54,044 nt of DNA from Verrucomicrobiota bacterium (GCA_016219905.1 JACRKA010000097.1:1-54044); one strand, 5' to 3'; numbered from the stretch's first letter, positions 9,229 to 18,510 are shown. Notes: a model not told the origin generated them from the sequence alone. Numbers and translations: made by a program.

Positions 9229-10148
9229 AACAGAAAATCATCCTTCTCGTCGCGTTGCTGGCGGGCCTGGCCGCCTTCATCCTCTCCAAGCAATACATCG
9301 AGAACTTCAAGGCCGAATACCAGAAGCAGTTCAACACCATCTCGGTGATCGTGGCGGCCCGCGACCTGGTGCCCGGCACGAAAATCACGAGGGATGACAT
9401 CGGCATGAAGGATGTCTTCGCCAAGGGGATCACCGGCCGCGTGTTCAAGCCGGATGAGGCCGCGGAGCTTATTGGAAAGAAAACACTCTTCATGATCCAC
9501 AAGTTGACGCCCATCAACTGGAACGACGTGGACATGCCCTACCGGGGCTTGAGCGGCCTCTCCGGCATGATCACCCGCGGCGACCGGGCCATTGCCTTCG
9601 CCGTGGATGCCGTCTCCGCCGTCTCCGGCCACGTCAAGCCCAACGACCACGTGGACATCATCGGCACCTTCAGCTTCCCCGGCCAGGGCAAAGGCCCCAG
9701 CGGCTCCGGCCCGGCCGAGACCGTCACGCTGACCATCCTGCAGGACGTCACCATCCTGGCCACCGGCAAGAACACCGGCCGCCGCGGCTTGGAGATGGAG
9801 ATGACCGAGCGCTTCGGGGGCGAGCAATACAACAGCGTCACCGTCGCCGTCACGCCGCGCGAGGCCGAGATGCTGATCTTCGCCTCATCGAAGGGCAAGC
9901 TCGCGCTGGCCCTGCGCAACCGCGAGGACGTCTCCGTGGAGAAACAACTCGGCAACGTGGACTTCCAGCAGTTGGAGAAGAACTTCAACGTCCTCAACGC
10001 CGAGCGGCAGCAACGGCTGCACCCGCCGCTGTTCGGCCAGCCGAGCGCGCCGCCGCCGGCCGCCCTGCCTGGACCCGCTACGTTGCCATCGCCTTCGACG
10101 CCGAAGCCCGCGCCCGTGGCCGTGCCCGGCCCGCCGGCCAAACCGTGA
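9225..10148 (+). CDS. cpaB: Flp pilus assembly protein CpaB/RcpC
   Basis: SAF domain (VIVAARDLVPGTKI), RAIAFAVD.VSAVSGHVKPNDHVDII, ILQDVTILATG, LALALRN; Pro-rich tail. Confidence 0.92.
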   Translation: MKQKIILLVALLAGLAAFILSKQYIENFKAEYQKQFNTISVIVAARDLVPGTKITRDDIGMKDVFAKGITGRVFKPDEAAELIGKKTLFMIHKLTPINWNDVDMPYRGLSGLSGMITRGDRAIAFAVDAVSAVSGHVKPNDHVDIIGTFSFPGQGKGPSGSGPAETVTLTILQDVTILATGKNTGRRGLEMEMTERFGGEQYNSVTVAVTPREAEMLIFASSKGKLALALRNREDVSVEKQLGNVDFQQLEKNFNVLNAERQQRLHPPLFGQPSAPPPAALPGPATLPSPSTPKPAPVAVPGPPAKP

Positions 10149-10178
10149 CCTGCACGCCGAGACCAACCCCAGGCTGAC

Positions 10179-11882
10179 ATGCCAGACGACACTCCCCACC
10201 AACTCGACCTCGTCATCGAACTGATCGAAGACGGCCAGAAACGGATCATCCGCCAGCAGTTGACGCCGGCGGTCTATGCCATCGGCAGCGACCCCAAGAG
10301 CGCCATCTGCATTGACCACAGCGGCGTCTCGCGCAACCACGCCAGCCTCTTCTACGAGCCGAACCAGATCCTCAGCGAAGACCTCGGCAGCACCACCGGC
10401 ACCTTGGTCGAAAACGTCCGCATCAAGCGCGCCGCCCGCGTCCGCATCGGCCAGCGCGTCGGCATCGGCCCGTGCCTCATGTGGCTGGAGCCGCCGAAAC
10501 AGAAGGAAGCCGGGCCGGCGGAGGCCGGGGAACCGGAGCCGGAGAAGGACGCCCGCGTGCCGCAACGCAGGCCGACCGAGGTCATGGCCGGCGACACCTC
10601 CCGCGCCCAGGTCCGCAAGATCAAAGGCCAGATCCACTCCGAACTGCTGCGGCGGCTCGACCTGAAGCGGATGACCGTCAACAAGACCTCCGAGAAATCC
10701 CTCCAGGACAAGGTCCGCACGACGGTCCACGTGATCGTCAACGAGATCAAGAGCCAGCTTCCCTCGAACATCTCGCCCGCCCAGCTCGCGCGCGAGGTCA
10801 TCCAGGAAGCCATCGGCCTCGGCCCCCTCGACGACCTGCTGGAAGACGAGAGCGTGACCGAAATCATGGTCAACGGCTGCGACAAGATCTTTGTGGAGAA
10901 GGCAGGCAAGATCCTCTTGAGCGACCGCACGTTTGTGGACGACACGCAGGTGCTCGCCATCATCGAGCGCATCGTGGCGCCCATCGGCAAGCGCATTGAC
11001 GAAAGCTCGCCCTACGTGGACGCCCGCCTGCCCGACGGCAGCCGCGTCAACGCCATCATCGCGCCGCTCTCGCTCAAAGGCCCCACCATCACCATCCGCA
11101 AGTTCGCCCGGGTGCCGTTCACGGTGGAGGACCTGATCTCGCGGTTCAACACCATGACGCGCGAGATCTCGGAGTTCATGCGCATCTGCGTGCTGCTGCG
11201 CAAGAACATCATCATCTCCGGCGGCACCGGCTCCGGCAAGACCACGCTGCTCAACGTGCTGTCCAACTATCTGCCGAAGGACGACCGCATCGTCACCATC
11301 GAGGACACCGCCGAGTTGCGCCTCAACCAGCCGCACATCATCAGCCTCGAAGCCCGCCCGCCCAACATCGAGGGCCGCGGCGCGGTCACCATCCGCGACC
11401 TCGTCCGCAACGCGCTGCGCATGAGGCCCGACCGCATCGTCGTCGGCGAGTGCCGCGGCGGCGAAGCGCTCGACATGCTCCAGGCCATGAACACCGGCCA
11501 CGACGGCTCGCTCACGACCGTCCACGCCAACTCCCCGCGCGACACCATCAGCCGCCTGGAGACGATGGTGCTGATGGCGGGCATGGACCTGCCCAGCCGC
11601 GCCATCCGCGAGCAGATCGCGTCGGCCATTGACATCGTCTGCCACACCGACCGCCTCAGCGACGGCTCGCGCAAGATCACCAAGGTCTCCGAGGTCATCG
11701 GCATGGAGAAGGACGTGATCGTGATGCAGGACCTGTTCGTGTTCACGCAGACCGGCATCAACCCGCAGAACAAGGTGCTCGGCTACTTCACGCCGACCGG
11801 CTCGATCCCGACCTTCATCGAGGACGTCTCCACGCGCGGCCTGACGCTGGACCGCGCCGTGTTCGCGCCGCGCCTCCCATGA
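10179..11882 (+). CDS. tadA: CpaF/TadA pilus ATPase with N-terminal FHA-like domain
   Basis: Walker A GGTGSGKTT, TIEDTAEL, LRMRPDRIVVGECRG, AMNTGHDGS. N-terminal IG.....I.ID..GVSRNHA....EDLGS..GT FHA pattern. Confidence 0.95.
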   Translation: MPDDTPHQLDLVIELIEDGQKRIIRQQLTPAVYAIGSDPKSAICIDHSGVSRNHASLFYEPNQILSEDLGSTTGTLVENVRIKRAARVRIGQRVGIGPCLMWLEPPKQKEAGPAEAGEPEPEKDARVPQRRPTEVMAGDTSRAQVRKIKGQIHSELLRRLDLKRMTVNKTSEKSLQDKVRTTVHVIVNEIKSQLPSNISPAQLAREVIQEAIGLGPLDDLLEDESVTEIMVNGCDKIFVEKAGKILLSDRTFVDDTQVLAIIERIVAPIGKRIDESSPYVDARLPDGSRVNAIIAPLSLKGPTITIRKFARVPFTVEDLISRFNTMTREISEFMRICVLLRKNIIISGGTGSGKTTLLNVLSNYLPKDDRIVTIEDTAELRLNQPHIISLEARPPNIEGRGAVTIRDLVRNALRMRPDRIVVGECRGGEALDMLQAMNTGHDGSLTTVHANSPRDTISRLETMVLMAGMDLPSRAIREQIASAIDIVCHTDRLSDGSRKITKVSEVIGMEKDVIVMQDLFVFTQTGINPQNKVLGYFTPTGSIPTFIEDVSTRGLTLDRAVFAPRLP

Positions 11883-12769
11883 GCCTCCAGATCGCCAGCA
11901 ACATCTCGGCGCTGCTGTGGTTCCTGGCGGCGGGCGCCGTCGTCTGGGCCATCGGCACGTGGCTGATCGAGATGTTCAAGGGCTACCGGGAGGTCTATAT
12001 CGAGGAGACCGGGCGGCACATGGACGACATGTTCCTGTCGCTGCCGCCGGAGCAGGTGGCCAACCTCGCGCTGATTTTCGGCGTGGTGTTTTTCCTGGCG
12101 TGCTTCGGGACCATCGGCAGCTTCGAGACCACGCCGCGGTTTCTCGGGACGACGTTCTTTTCGCTGGTGATCGGCGGGCTGGGCTTCATGATCCCGCGCG
12201 CTTTTGTGCGCCGGCTGCGGTTCAATCGGCTGCTGCTGTTCAACGAGCAGCTCGTGGACGCGATGGCGACGATGAGCAACTCGCTGCGGGCCGGGTTCAG
12301 CATCCTGCAGTCGTTCGACATGGTGATAAAGGAAAACCGCCGGCCGATCAGCGAGGAGTTCGGCCTGTTCATGCACCAGCACCGCCTCGGCATGAAGTTC
12401 GAGGAGGCGATGGCCAACCTGAGCAAGCGCGTCGGCAGCCAGGACCTGGATCTGATGATCGCCGCCATCGAGACGGCGCGGCAGACCGGCGGCAACCTGA
12501 CCGAGGTGTTTGACCAGCTCGCCACCACCGTCCGCGAGCGGATGCGGGTGGAGGGCAAGATCCGGTCGCTGACGGCGCAGGGCCGGTTGCAGGCGATGGT
12601 GGTGGGGTTGATGCCGCTGGTGCTGGCGGGCGCGATGTATATGATCAGCCCGGTGATGATGCAGGGTTTTGTTTACTCCACGGCCGGCATCGTGACGATC
12701 GCGATTGCGCTCGGCATGGAGGTCATCGGTTACCTCATCATCAAGAAGATCGTGAGCATTGATGTCTGA
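11879..12769 (+). CDS. tadB: TadB inner-membrane platform protein (T2SS F family)
   Basis: QLVDAM..MSNSLRAGFS, TGGNLTEVF, RSLTAQGRL, KKIVSIDV. Confidence 0.92.
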   Translation: MSLQIASNISALLWFLAAGAVVWAIGTWLIEMFKGYREVYIEETGRHMDDMFLSLPPEQVANLALIFGVVFFLACFGTIGSFETTPRFLGTTFFSLVIGGLGFMIPRAFVRRLRFNRLLLFNEQLVDAMATMSNSLRAGFSILQSFDMVIKENRRPISEEFGLFMHQHRLGMKFEEAMANLSKRVGSQDLDLMIAAIETARQTGGNLTEVFDQLATTVRERMRVEGKIRSLTAQGRLQAMVVGLMPLVLAGAMYMISPVMMQGFVYSTAGIVTIAIALGMEVIGYLIIKKIVSIDV

Positions 12770-12785
12770 CGCGAAGGCACGCGGC

Positions 12786-13412
12786 TCAGTAGCCCATGGT
12801 CTTCAGGACCTGCTTGGCGTAGGTGAAGGATGAGATGAAGCTGGCGTAGTCGTTCTTTAACAAAGCGTCCGTGGCGTTGTAGAAGCTGATGGTCAGCGTG
12901 CGGACGGCCGTGGCGCGGGCCACCGAGGACAGGTCGCGGTAACGTTGCGTCAGGGTCTGGAGCAACACGCGGTTCTGTGTCGCGACCTGGCTGACCTGCT
13001 TGTTGCGGTTGCCGACGTTCTTGATCTGGAGCGCCGCCTCCAACTGGGTCAGGATCCGCGCGTAGTTCTTCAGGTCCTTGTTCTGGTCCTTCTTGAAGAC
13101 GAAGCGGCCGGCGAGGAACTGGAGGATCTTCTCGTCGGTGTCTATGGTGTCCAGCACGGCGAACTCGCGGGTCTTCTGGACCATGAACTCGTAGAGTTGC
13201 GGCAGGGTCTGGCGCAGGTGGTTCAGGTCCACTTGCGTCCAGGCGTAGTGCACGCTGCCATACTTGGTCCGGAAGTCGAGGCCTTCGCCGTCGGCCTTCG
13301 AGACCGTGCCCTCGAGTTCGGTGCCGTCGCGCAGCTTGATTTTGTCCGGCGTGGCGGCGGCGAGGGCCAGCGCGGCCGCCGCGAGCCAGGTGACGAAGCA
13401 GTAGGTTTTCAT
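12786..13412 (-). CDS. Exported hypothetical protein on the opposite strand between tadB and tadC
   Basis: Signal peptide MKTYCF...ALAAA; DKIKLRDGTELEGTV small beta domain followed by helices; typical coding codon bias. Confidence 0.8.
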   Translation of the reverse strand: MKTYCFVTWLAAAALALAAATPDKIKLRDGTELEGTVSKADGEGLDFRTKYGSVHYAWTQVDLNHLRQTLPQLYEFMVQKTREFAVLDTIDTDEKILQFLAGRFVFKKDQNKDLKNYARILTQLEAALQIKNVGNRNKQVSQVATQNRVLLQTLTQRYRDLSSVARATAVRTLTISFYNATDALLKNDYASFISSFTYAKQVLKTMGY

Positions 13413-13513
13413 GGGACGTTCCGGTTTTCAGACGCAGTTTACGGCAGAGACATTGAAACAAGCAACATTTGAGAGTGGGCGCCGGGGCCTGGGTCCCGGC
13501 CGCAGGGCGAACG

Positions 13514-14419
13514 ATGACACCGAATGAACTGATAGCGGCGTTGATGTGGATGATCTTCATCGGGGCCGGCGTGCTGTATGTGGGCATCGCCGGCAGCGAG
13601 GTCAAATACGTCAAGCTGGCCGACGGCCGGGAACAGGCGCGCACGCTGCCGCTGATGTTCCGGCTGCTGCTGCCGTTTGTGTCCAACGTCGCGCCGTGGT
13701 TCCGCCACAAGCGGCTGGAGCGGCATCGCGCGCGGATGGACGCGAGGCTGATCTCCGCCGGCCACGAGGGGCTGCTGAACGGCGAAGAGTTTCTCTCGAT
13801 CCAGGCGTTGATGTTCCTGGTGGCGGTGCCGATGTCCTTGGCGCTGCAACCGGCGCTGGCCAACGTGCGGTTCGTCAACCGCTACTGGTGGGCGGTGGCC
13901 TTCCTGATGGTGGCCATGAGCCTGCTGTTCCCCATGTCCTGGCTGCGCAAGACGCGCGAGCTTCGGCACCGCTCGATCCAGAAGGCCCTGCCCTACGTGC
14001 TCGACCTGATGACGCTCTCGGTCGAGGCGGGCCTCGATTTCATGACCGCGGTGCGGAAGATCATTGACCGCCGCGCGATGGACTCCTTGGGCGAGGAACT
14101 GCTGCGCGTGTTTCACGAGATCCAGGTCGGCAAGACGCGCCGGCAGGCCCTGCGCGACATGGCCACGCGCGTGGACCAGCCCGACTTGAGTTCCGTCTCG
14201 CACGCGCTGGTCCAGGCCGACGAACTCGGCGTCAGCCTCGGCACGATCCTGCGGATCATGGCCGACCAGATGAGGTCGAAACGCTTCCAGCGCGCCGAGA
14301 AACTCGCGCACGAAGCGCCGGTGAAGATGCTCGTGCCTTTGCTGCTGTTCATCTTCCCGGCGGTGATGGCCTTCCTGCTGGGGCCGATCATCGTGCAAGC
14401 CTTCAGCCGGACGTTTTAG
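13514..14419 (+). CDS. tadC: TadC inner-membrane platform protein
   Basis: LPYVLDLMTLSVEAGLDF, LVQADELGVS, AEKLAHEAPVKMLVPLLLFIFPA. Confidence 0.92.
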   Translation: MTPNELIAALMWMIFIGAGVLYVGIAGSEVKYVKLADGREQARTLPLMFRLLLPFVSNVAPWFRHKRLERHRARMDARLISAGHEGLLNGEEFLSIQALMFLVAVPMSLALQPALANVRFVNRYWWAVAFLMVAMSLLFPMSWLRKTRELRHRSIQKALPYVLDLMTLSVEAGLDFMTAVRKIIDRRAMDSLGEELLRVFHEIQVGKTRRQALRDMATRVDQPDLSSVSHALVQADELGVSLGTILRIMADQMRSKRFQRAEKLAHEAPVKMLVPLLLFIFPAVMAFLLGPIIVQAFSRTF

Positions 14420-14467
14420 GTTGATGAGTGATTGGAACTCGCTCCTCACTCGCCACGGCTCAGAACC

Positions 14468-14839
14468 ATGCTCATCCGCAACACCACCCGCGGCACCGTG
14501 ATCGCCGACCGCGCCGAGGTCGCGCGCAGCGTTGCGGCCCGCACGCGGGGGCTGATGCTGCGCCGGTTCGACGGGTTCGACGGCCTCGTCCTGGAGCCGT
14601 GCAACAGCATCCACAGGTGTTTCATGCTCATGCCGCTGGACGTGATATTCTTTGACAACCGGCGCGCAATAACGAAAATGGTGTCGGCGCTCGCGCCGTG
14701 GCGGTTGTTCTGCGGTTCCTGGCGCGCTGCCGGTGTGCTGGAACTGCCCGAGGGCGCGATCGCGCGCAGCCAGTCCCAGCCCGGCGACCAACTGGAGTTT
14801 GGCGGGCCGGCCCCGTCACGAGCGGGCACCATCGGTTGA
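14468..14839 (+). CDS. DUF192 family protein
   Basis: EVARS...RTRGLM, PCNSIH..FM..PLDVIFFD, VLELPEG, PGDQL. Confidence 0.85.
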   Translation: MLIRNTTRGTVIADRAEVARSVAARTRGLMLRRFDGFDGLVLEPCNSIHRCFMLMPLDVIFFDNRRAITKMVSALAPWRLFCGSWRAAGVLELPEGAIARSQSQPGDQLEFGGPAPSRAGTIG

Positions 14840-16242
14840 TGAAACTTCGCGTCATCCAAGGCAAACGTCGCGGCAAGGAATTCGCGATCGGCACGGAGCC
14901 GGTCCTGATCGGCCGCGACCCGTCTGCCGGCATCCTGCTCACCGAGGACCAACTGGTCTCCTCCCGCCACGCCGAGGTGGCGCAGGACGCCGACGGCCAA
15001 CTCGTGGTGCGCGACCTCGACTCGGTCAACGGCACCGAGGTCAACGGCGAGCGCATCGAGTCCGCCGGGCTGGGCGCCGGCGACGAACTGACCATCGGCA
15101 ACACCGTCTTCGAAGTCATCGAGGAAGCGGTCGCCCCGCCGTCGCCTCCGCCCTCGCGGCCCAAGCGCGAGCGCAGGGCCATCGCGCCGCTGCCAGCGAA
15201 GCGCCGGCCGCCGCCGCAGGAAGAGATCGAGGAGATCGGGACGGAGACGGCCGCGGAAGAGGAGGCGGTCGAGGAGGCCGGGGAAGCCGAGAGGAACCTG
15301 GAGTTTGGCGAGCAGGCGGAGGTCCGCGCGCGCGCGCCCGCGTCGCTGGCGCGCCGCATCCTGTCGTTGTCGCTCACGGCGCTGATCACGGTCGTCATCC
15401 TCGGCGGCGGCGTTTACATCTGGATGCAATTCCAGCAGACCAAGCCGCGGATGCTCACCGGCAGCGTGAGCAGCGCCGACCGGCTGGACCTCGCCTACGA
15501 AAAGGTCCAGGCCAGCAAGGACAACATCTTCCGCTACGCGCTGCGGATCAGCGGCAGCAAGCTGATGCTGAACATTGATGACCTCAAACAGCGCCGCCAC
15601 CTTCAGAAAGAGAAGACGCTCAAGGAAGGCCTCACCCGGGAACTGGTCGGCCAACTGGAGCGCAACAACTTCAACAACCTCAAGGCCAAATACGGGGGCC
15701 TGCCCGCCGAACAACAGGAAACCTCCGTCATCGAGTTGACGCGCGGCACCCGCTACCAGCGCGTGGAGGTGGACAACACCATCCCGCCGGACATCTTCGT
15801 CTCCGCCCAGAAGACGCTGGAGGAGTTCGCCAAGAACGAACTGGGGCTGGTCGGCGACAAACCGCGCGAGCAGCTCATCCAGGACGCCCAGGAGGCGTTC
15901 CTGGCCGCCAAACGGCTCTACGAGGCGCGCGAGGTGGAATTCCCCAACCTCTACAACTCGATCAAGGCGTTCCAGCTCGTGCAGCTCAACCTCGAGACCA
16001 TCGAGCCGAAGCCGGAGATTTACCGGCAGGCCGTCGCGCTCGAATCCGAGGCGACCGACATGCTCAAGCAGCTCGTGGACAACCTCCGCTTCAACGTGGA
16101 CAAGGCCGTCCGGCTCTCCGAGTGGACCCGCGCCCGCGAGGCCCTGCAACAGATCATGGCCCGCGTCCCGGACCGCGAGGACGACCGTTACCGCGAAGCC
16201 GAGCGGCGCCTGATTATCGTCCAGCAGCACTTGCGGCGATGA
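14839..16242 (+). CDS. Bitopic membrane protein with N-terminal FHA domain
   Basis: LIGRD...VSSRHA...RDLDSVNGT.VNG FHA, Pro/acidic linker, one TM helix, then a helical/TPR-like periplasmic part. Confidence 0.85.
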   Translation: MKLRVIQGKRRGKEFAIGTEPVLIGRDPSAGILLTEDQLVSSRHAEVAQDADGQLVVRDLDSVNGTEVNGERIESAGLGAGDELTIGNTVFEVIEEAVAPPSPPPSRPKRERRAIAPLPAKRRPPPQEEIEEIGTETAAEEEAVEEAGEAERNLEFGEQAEVRARAPASLARRILSLSLTALITVVILGGGVYIWMQFQQTKPRMLTGSVSSADRLDLAYEKVQASKDNIFRYALRISGSKLMLNIDDLKQRRHLQKEKTLKEGLTRELVGQLERNNFNNLKAKYGGLPAEQQETSVIELTRGTRYQRVEVDNTIPPDIFVSAQKTLEEFAKNELGLVGDKPREQLIQDAQEAFLAAKRLYEAREVEFPNLYNSIKAFQLVQLNLETIEPKPEIYRQAVALESEATDMLKQLVDNLRFNVDKAVRLSEWTRAREALQQIMARVPDREDDRYREAERRLIIVQQHLRR

Positions 16243-17618
16243 AAACGAACCAAGAGAAACCAGAAGTCAGAAGCCGGAAGCCCGAAGGCAAGGGCGCCTC
16301 GCGGCTCCCGGCTCTTTTGCTCTGTCTCCTGGCTTCCGTCTTCTGCCTTCTTCCCGCCGGCTGCCAGAAGAACGAAGGCGAGGTCCTCGACGTGCGCACC
16401 AACCCGGCCGGCGCCACCATCGAAGTGGACGGCCAGCGCGCCGACGGCGTCTCGCCCATGCGCCTGCGCGTCCAGCCCGGCGAACACCTCGTCGTGGCCG
16501 CCAAAGGCCCGACGGAAACGCGCGCCAGCGTGACGGTCCGGGCCGGCGTCGTCACCCCCCTCGACCTCGCGTTGCGGCCGTTGCTCGGCCTGGTGCTCAT
16601 CGAATCGTTCCCGTCCGAGTCCGAGGTGCTGCTGGATGGCGCGTCCCGCGGCAAGACGCCGCTGTTGCTGACCGATCTGCCCGGTGGCGAACATCGTTTC
16701 ACCCTGAAGCGTGACGGCTATGAGACCAAGGATGCCGTGTTGGCCATCGCCGACCGCCAGCCGAAACTGCTCTCGCTGGAGTTGAAGTCGCTGCTCACCG
16801 CCATCAAGGTCACCTCCGTGCCCGACAAGGCCAAGGTTCACCTCGACGGCTCCTTCGTCGGCGAATCGCCGCAGAGCATCCAGAACGTCCTCGCCGGCAA
16901 ACACAAGGTCCGGCTCGAACTCGAGGGCTACGAACCGTTCGAGCAGGAGGTCGAGGTCAAGGGCAAGGAGGAATACGTCGTCAACGCCACGCTCCAGGAG
17001 AAATACGCCCGCATCCGGATCGAGACCGAGCCGAAGGGGGGCGAGATTTACCTGAACAATGAGTCGCGCGGCAAGGCGCCCATCGCCCTGGAGAAACTCC
17101 ACGACGGCGAATACACGATCAAGGTCGTCATGCCGAACTACCCCGAAACGGTTCGCAAGGTGACCCTCAAGAAAGGTGAAGACTTGCAGTTGGTCATCCC
17201 GCTCGAAAGGCGCGTGGGCGTGCTCCAGGTCATCACGATTCCCGCCGGAGTGGACGTCTTCGTGGACGGCGAGAAACGCGGCACCACCATCCCCCTGCCC
17301 AACGTCCAGTATTCCTCGCCGCTGTTCATCAGCGATGTCCTGGAAGGCTCGCGCATCGTGAAACTCGTCAAGCCCGGTTTCGCGGAGGTCAACACGCGGG
17401 TGGACATCCGGCAGGGCCAGACCACCACGTTCAGCAACGTCCAGTTGCGCCGGCTGTTCATCCCCGACACCGAGATCGCCACCCGCGACGGCCGCACCTT
17501 GCGCGGCATCGTCACCCGCGTGGACGCCGACGGCACCGTCCACTTCGAGACCGCGCCCGGCATCTTCGTGGACATCCCGGGCGACAACATCGCCTCCCGG
17601 AAACCGATCTCGAAATAG
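16239..17618 (+). CDS. PEGA repeat lipoprotein
   Basis: Lipobox-like LPAGC; about five PEGA repeats (S/T-x-P-x-x-A-x-V-x-LDG...G.TP...G.H....GY). Confidence 0.88.
   Translation: MKTNQEKPEVRSRKPEGKGASRLPALLLCLLASVFCLLPAGCQKNEGEVLDVRTNPAGATIEVDGQRADGVSPMRLRVQPGEHLVVAAKGPTETRASVTVRAGVVTPLDLALRPLLGLVLIESFPSESEVLLDGASRGKTPLLLTDLPGGEHRFTLKRDGYETKDAVLAIADRQPKLLSLELKSLLTAIKVTSVPDKAKVHLDGSFVGESPQSIQNVLAGKHKVRLELEGYEPFEQEVEVKGKEEYVVNATLQEKYARIRIETEPKGGEIYLNNESRGKAPIALEKLHDGEYTIKVVMPNYPETVRKVTLKKGEDLQLVIPLERRVGVLQVITIPAGVDVFVDGEKRGTTIPLPNVQYSSPLFISDVLEGSRIVKLVKPGFAEVNTRVDIRQGQTTTFSNVQLRRLFIPDTEIATRDGRTLRGIVTRVDADGTVHFETAPGIFVDIPGDNIASRKPISK
16261..16351. repeat. Heptamer repeat array and its inverted partner inside the signal-peptide coding region
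   Basis: cagaagt cagaagc cggaagc ccgaagg ... tctgtct cctggct tccgtct tctgcct. Confidence 0.6.
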
Positions 17619-17636
17619 CCGCCCGCCGGCCCGCGA

Positions 17637-18407
17637 ATGAGCGTCCTCGACCAATTCCGACTCGACGGCCGCGTCGCCGTCATCACCGGCGGCTCCAAGG
17701 GCCTCGGCAAATCCATCGCCCAGGCTTTCGCCGAAGCCGGCGCCACCCTCGTGCTGGCCAGCCGCCACCGCGACGAGTGCCAGGCCGCGCTTGAGGACCT
17801 CCGCAAACTCACCGGCTGCGACGGCCTCGCCATCGCCTGCGACGTGACGAAGGAATCAAGCGTGCGCAAACTTTTCGACGCGGCGTTGAAGAAATTCGGC
17901 CGCGTGGACGTGCTGGTGAACAACGCCGGCACCAACATCCGCCATCCGATCGAGGAGTATCCGACCGCCGTGTTTCGCACCGTCCTCGACACCAACCTCA
18001 CCGGCGCGTGGCTTTGCTGCCGCGCCGTCGCGCCCCTCTTCAAGAAACAGCGGCGCGGCGCCTGCATCAACCTCGGCTCCGCGATGAGCCACGTCGGCCT
18101 GCCCGAGCGCAGCGCCTACTGCGCCGCCAAGGCCGGCATCCTCGGCCTCACGCGCGTCATGGCGCTGGAATGGGCGCCGTTCAACGCCCGCTGCAACGCC
18201 CTCTGCCCTGGCCCGTTCGCCACCGAGATCAACGCCCCGTTGCTGAAGAACCCGGCCAAGGCCCGCGTGGTCGTCGGCAGCACCGCGCTGAACCGTTGGG
18301 CCGAACTGCGCGAGATCCGCGGCGCGGCGCTTTTCCTGGCCTCCGACGCCTCCAGCTACGTCACCGGCGCGTCGCTCTCCGTGGACGGCGGCTGGACGGC
18401 CCGCTGA
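17637..18407 (+). CDS. Short-chain dehydrogenase/reductase (gluconate 5-dehydrogenase/FabG-like)
   Basis: TGGSKGLG, NNAG, YCAAK, VDGGW. Confidence 0.9.
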   Translation: MSVLDQFRLDGRVAVITGGSKGLGKSIAQAFAEAGATLVLASRHRDECQAALEDLRKLTGCDGLAIACDVTKESSVRKLFDAALKKFGRVDVLVNNAGTNIRHPIEEYPTAVFRTVLDTNLTGAWLCCRAVAPLFKKQRRGACINLGSAMSHVGLPERSAYCAAKAGILGLTRVMALEWAPFNARCNALCPGPFATEINAPLLKNPAKARVVVGSTALNRWAELREIRGAALFLASDASSYVTGASLSVDGGWTAR

Positions 18408-18416
18408 CGCGGGAAG

Positions 18417-18510
18417 TCCGAAGGTCGAAGGCCGAAATCCGAAACATTGCCTCGGCGTTTCGAACTTCGAGTTTCGGATTTCTTTCGGATTTCGGCCTTC
18501 GGCCTTCGGA
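18417..18510. repeat. Intergenic heptamer-based inverted repeat
   Basis: 28-nt arms 18417-18444 and 18483-18510 with one mismatch, built from ccgaagg/ccgaaat units. Confidence 0.85.

Noticed and set aside
10179-14419. Conjugative T4SS or type II secretion system
   Set aside because: The ATPase is CpaF-type and sits with CpaB, TadB/C and Flp pilins; no VirB4, relaxase or Gsp genes.
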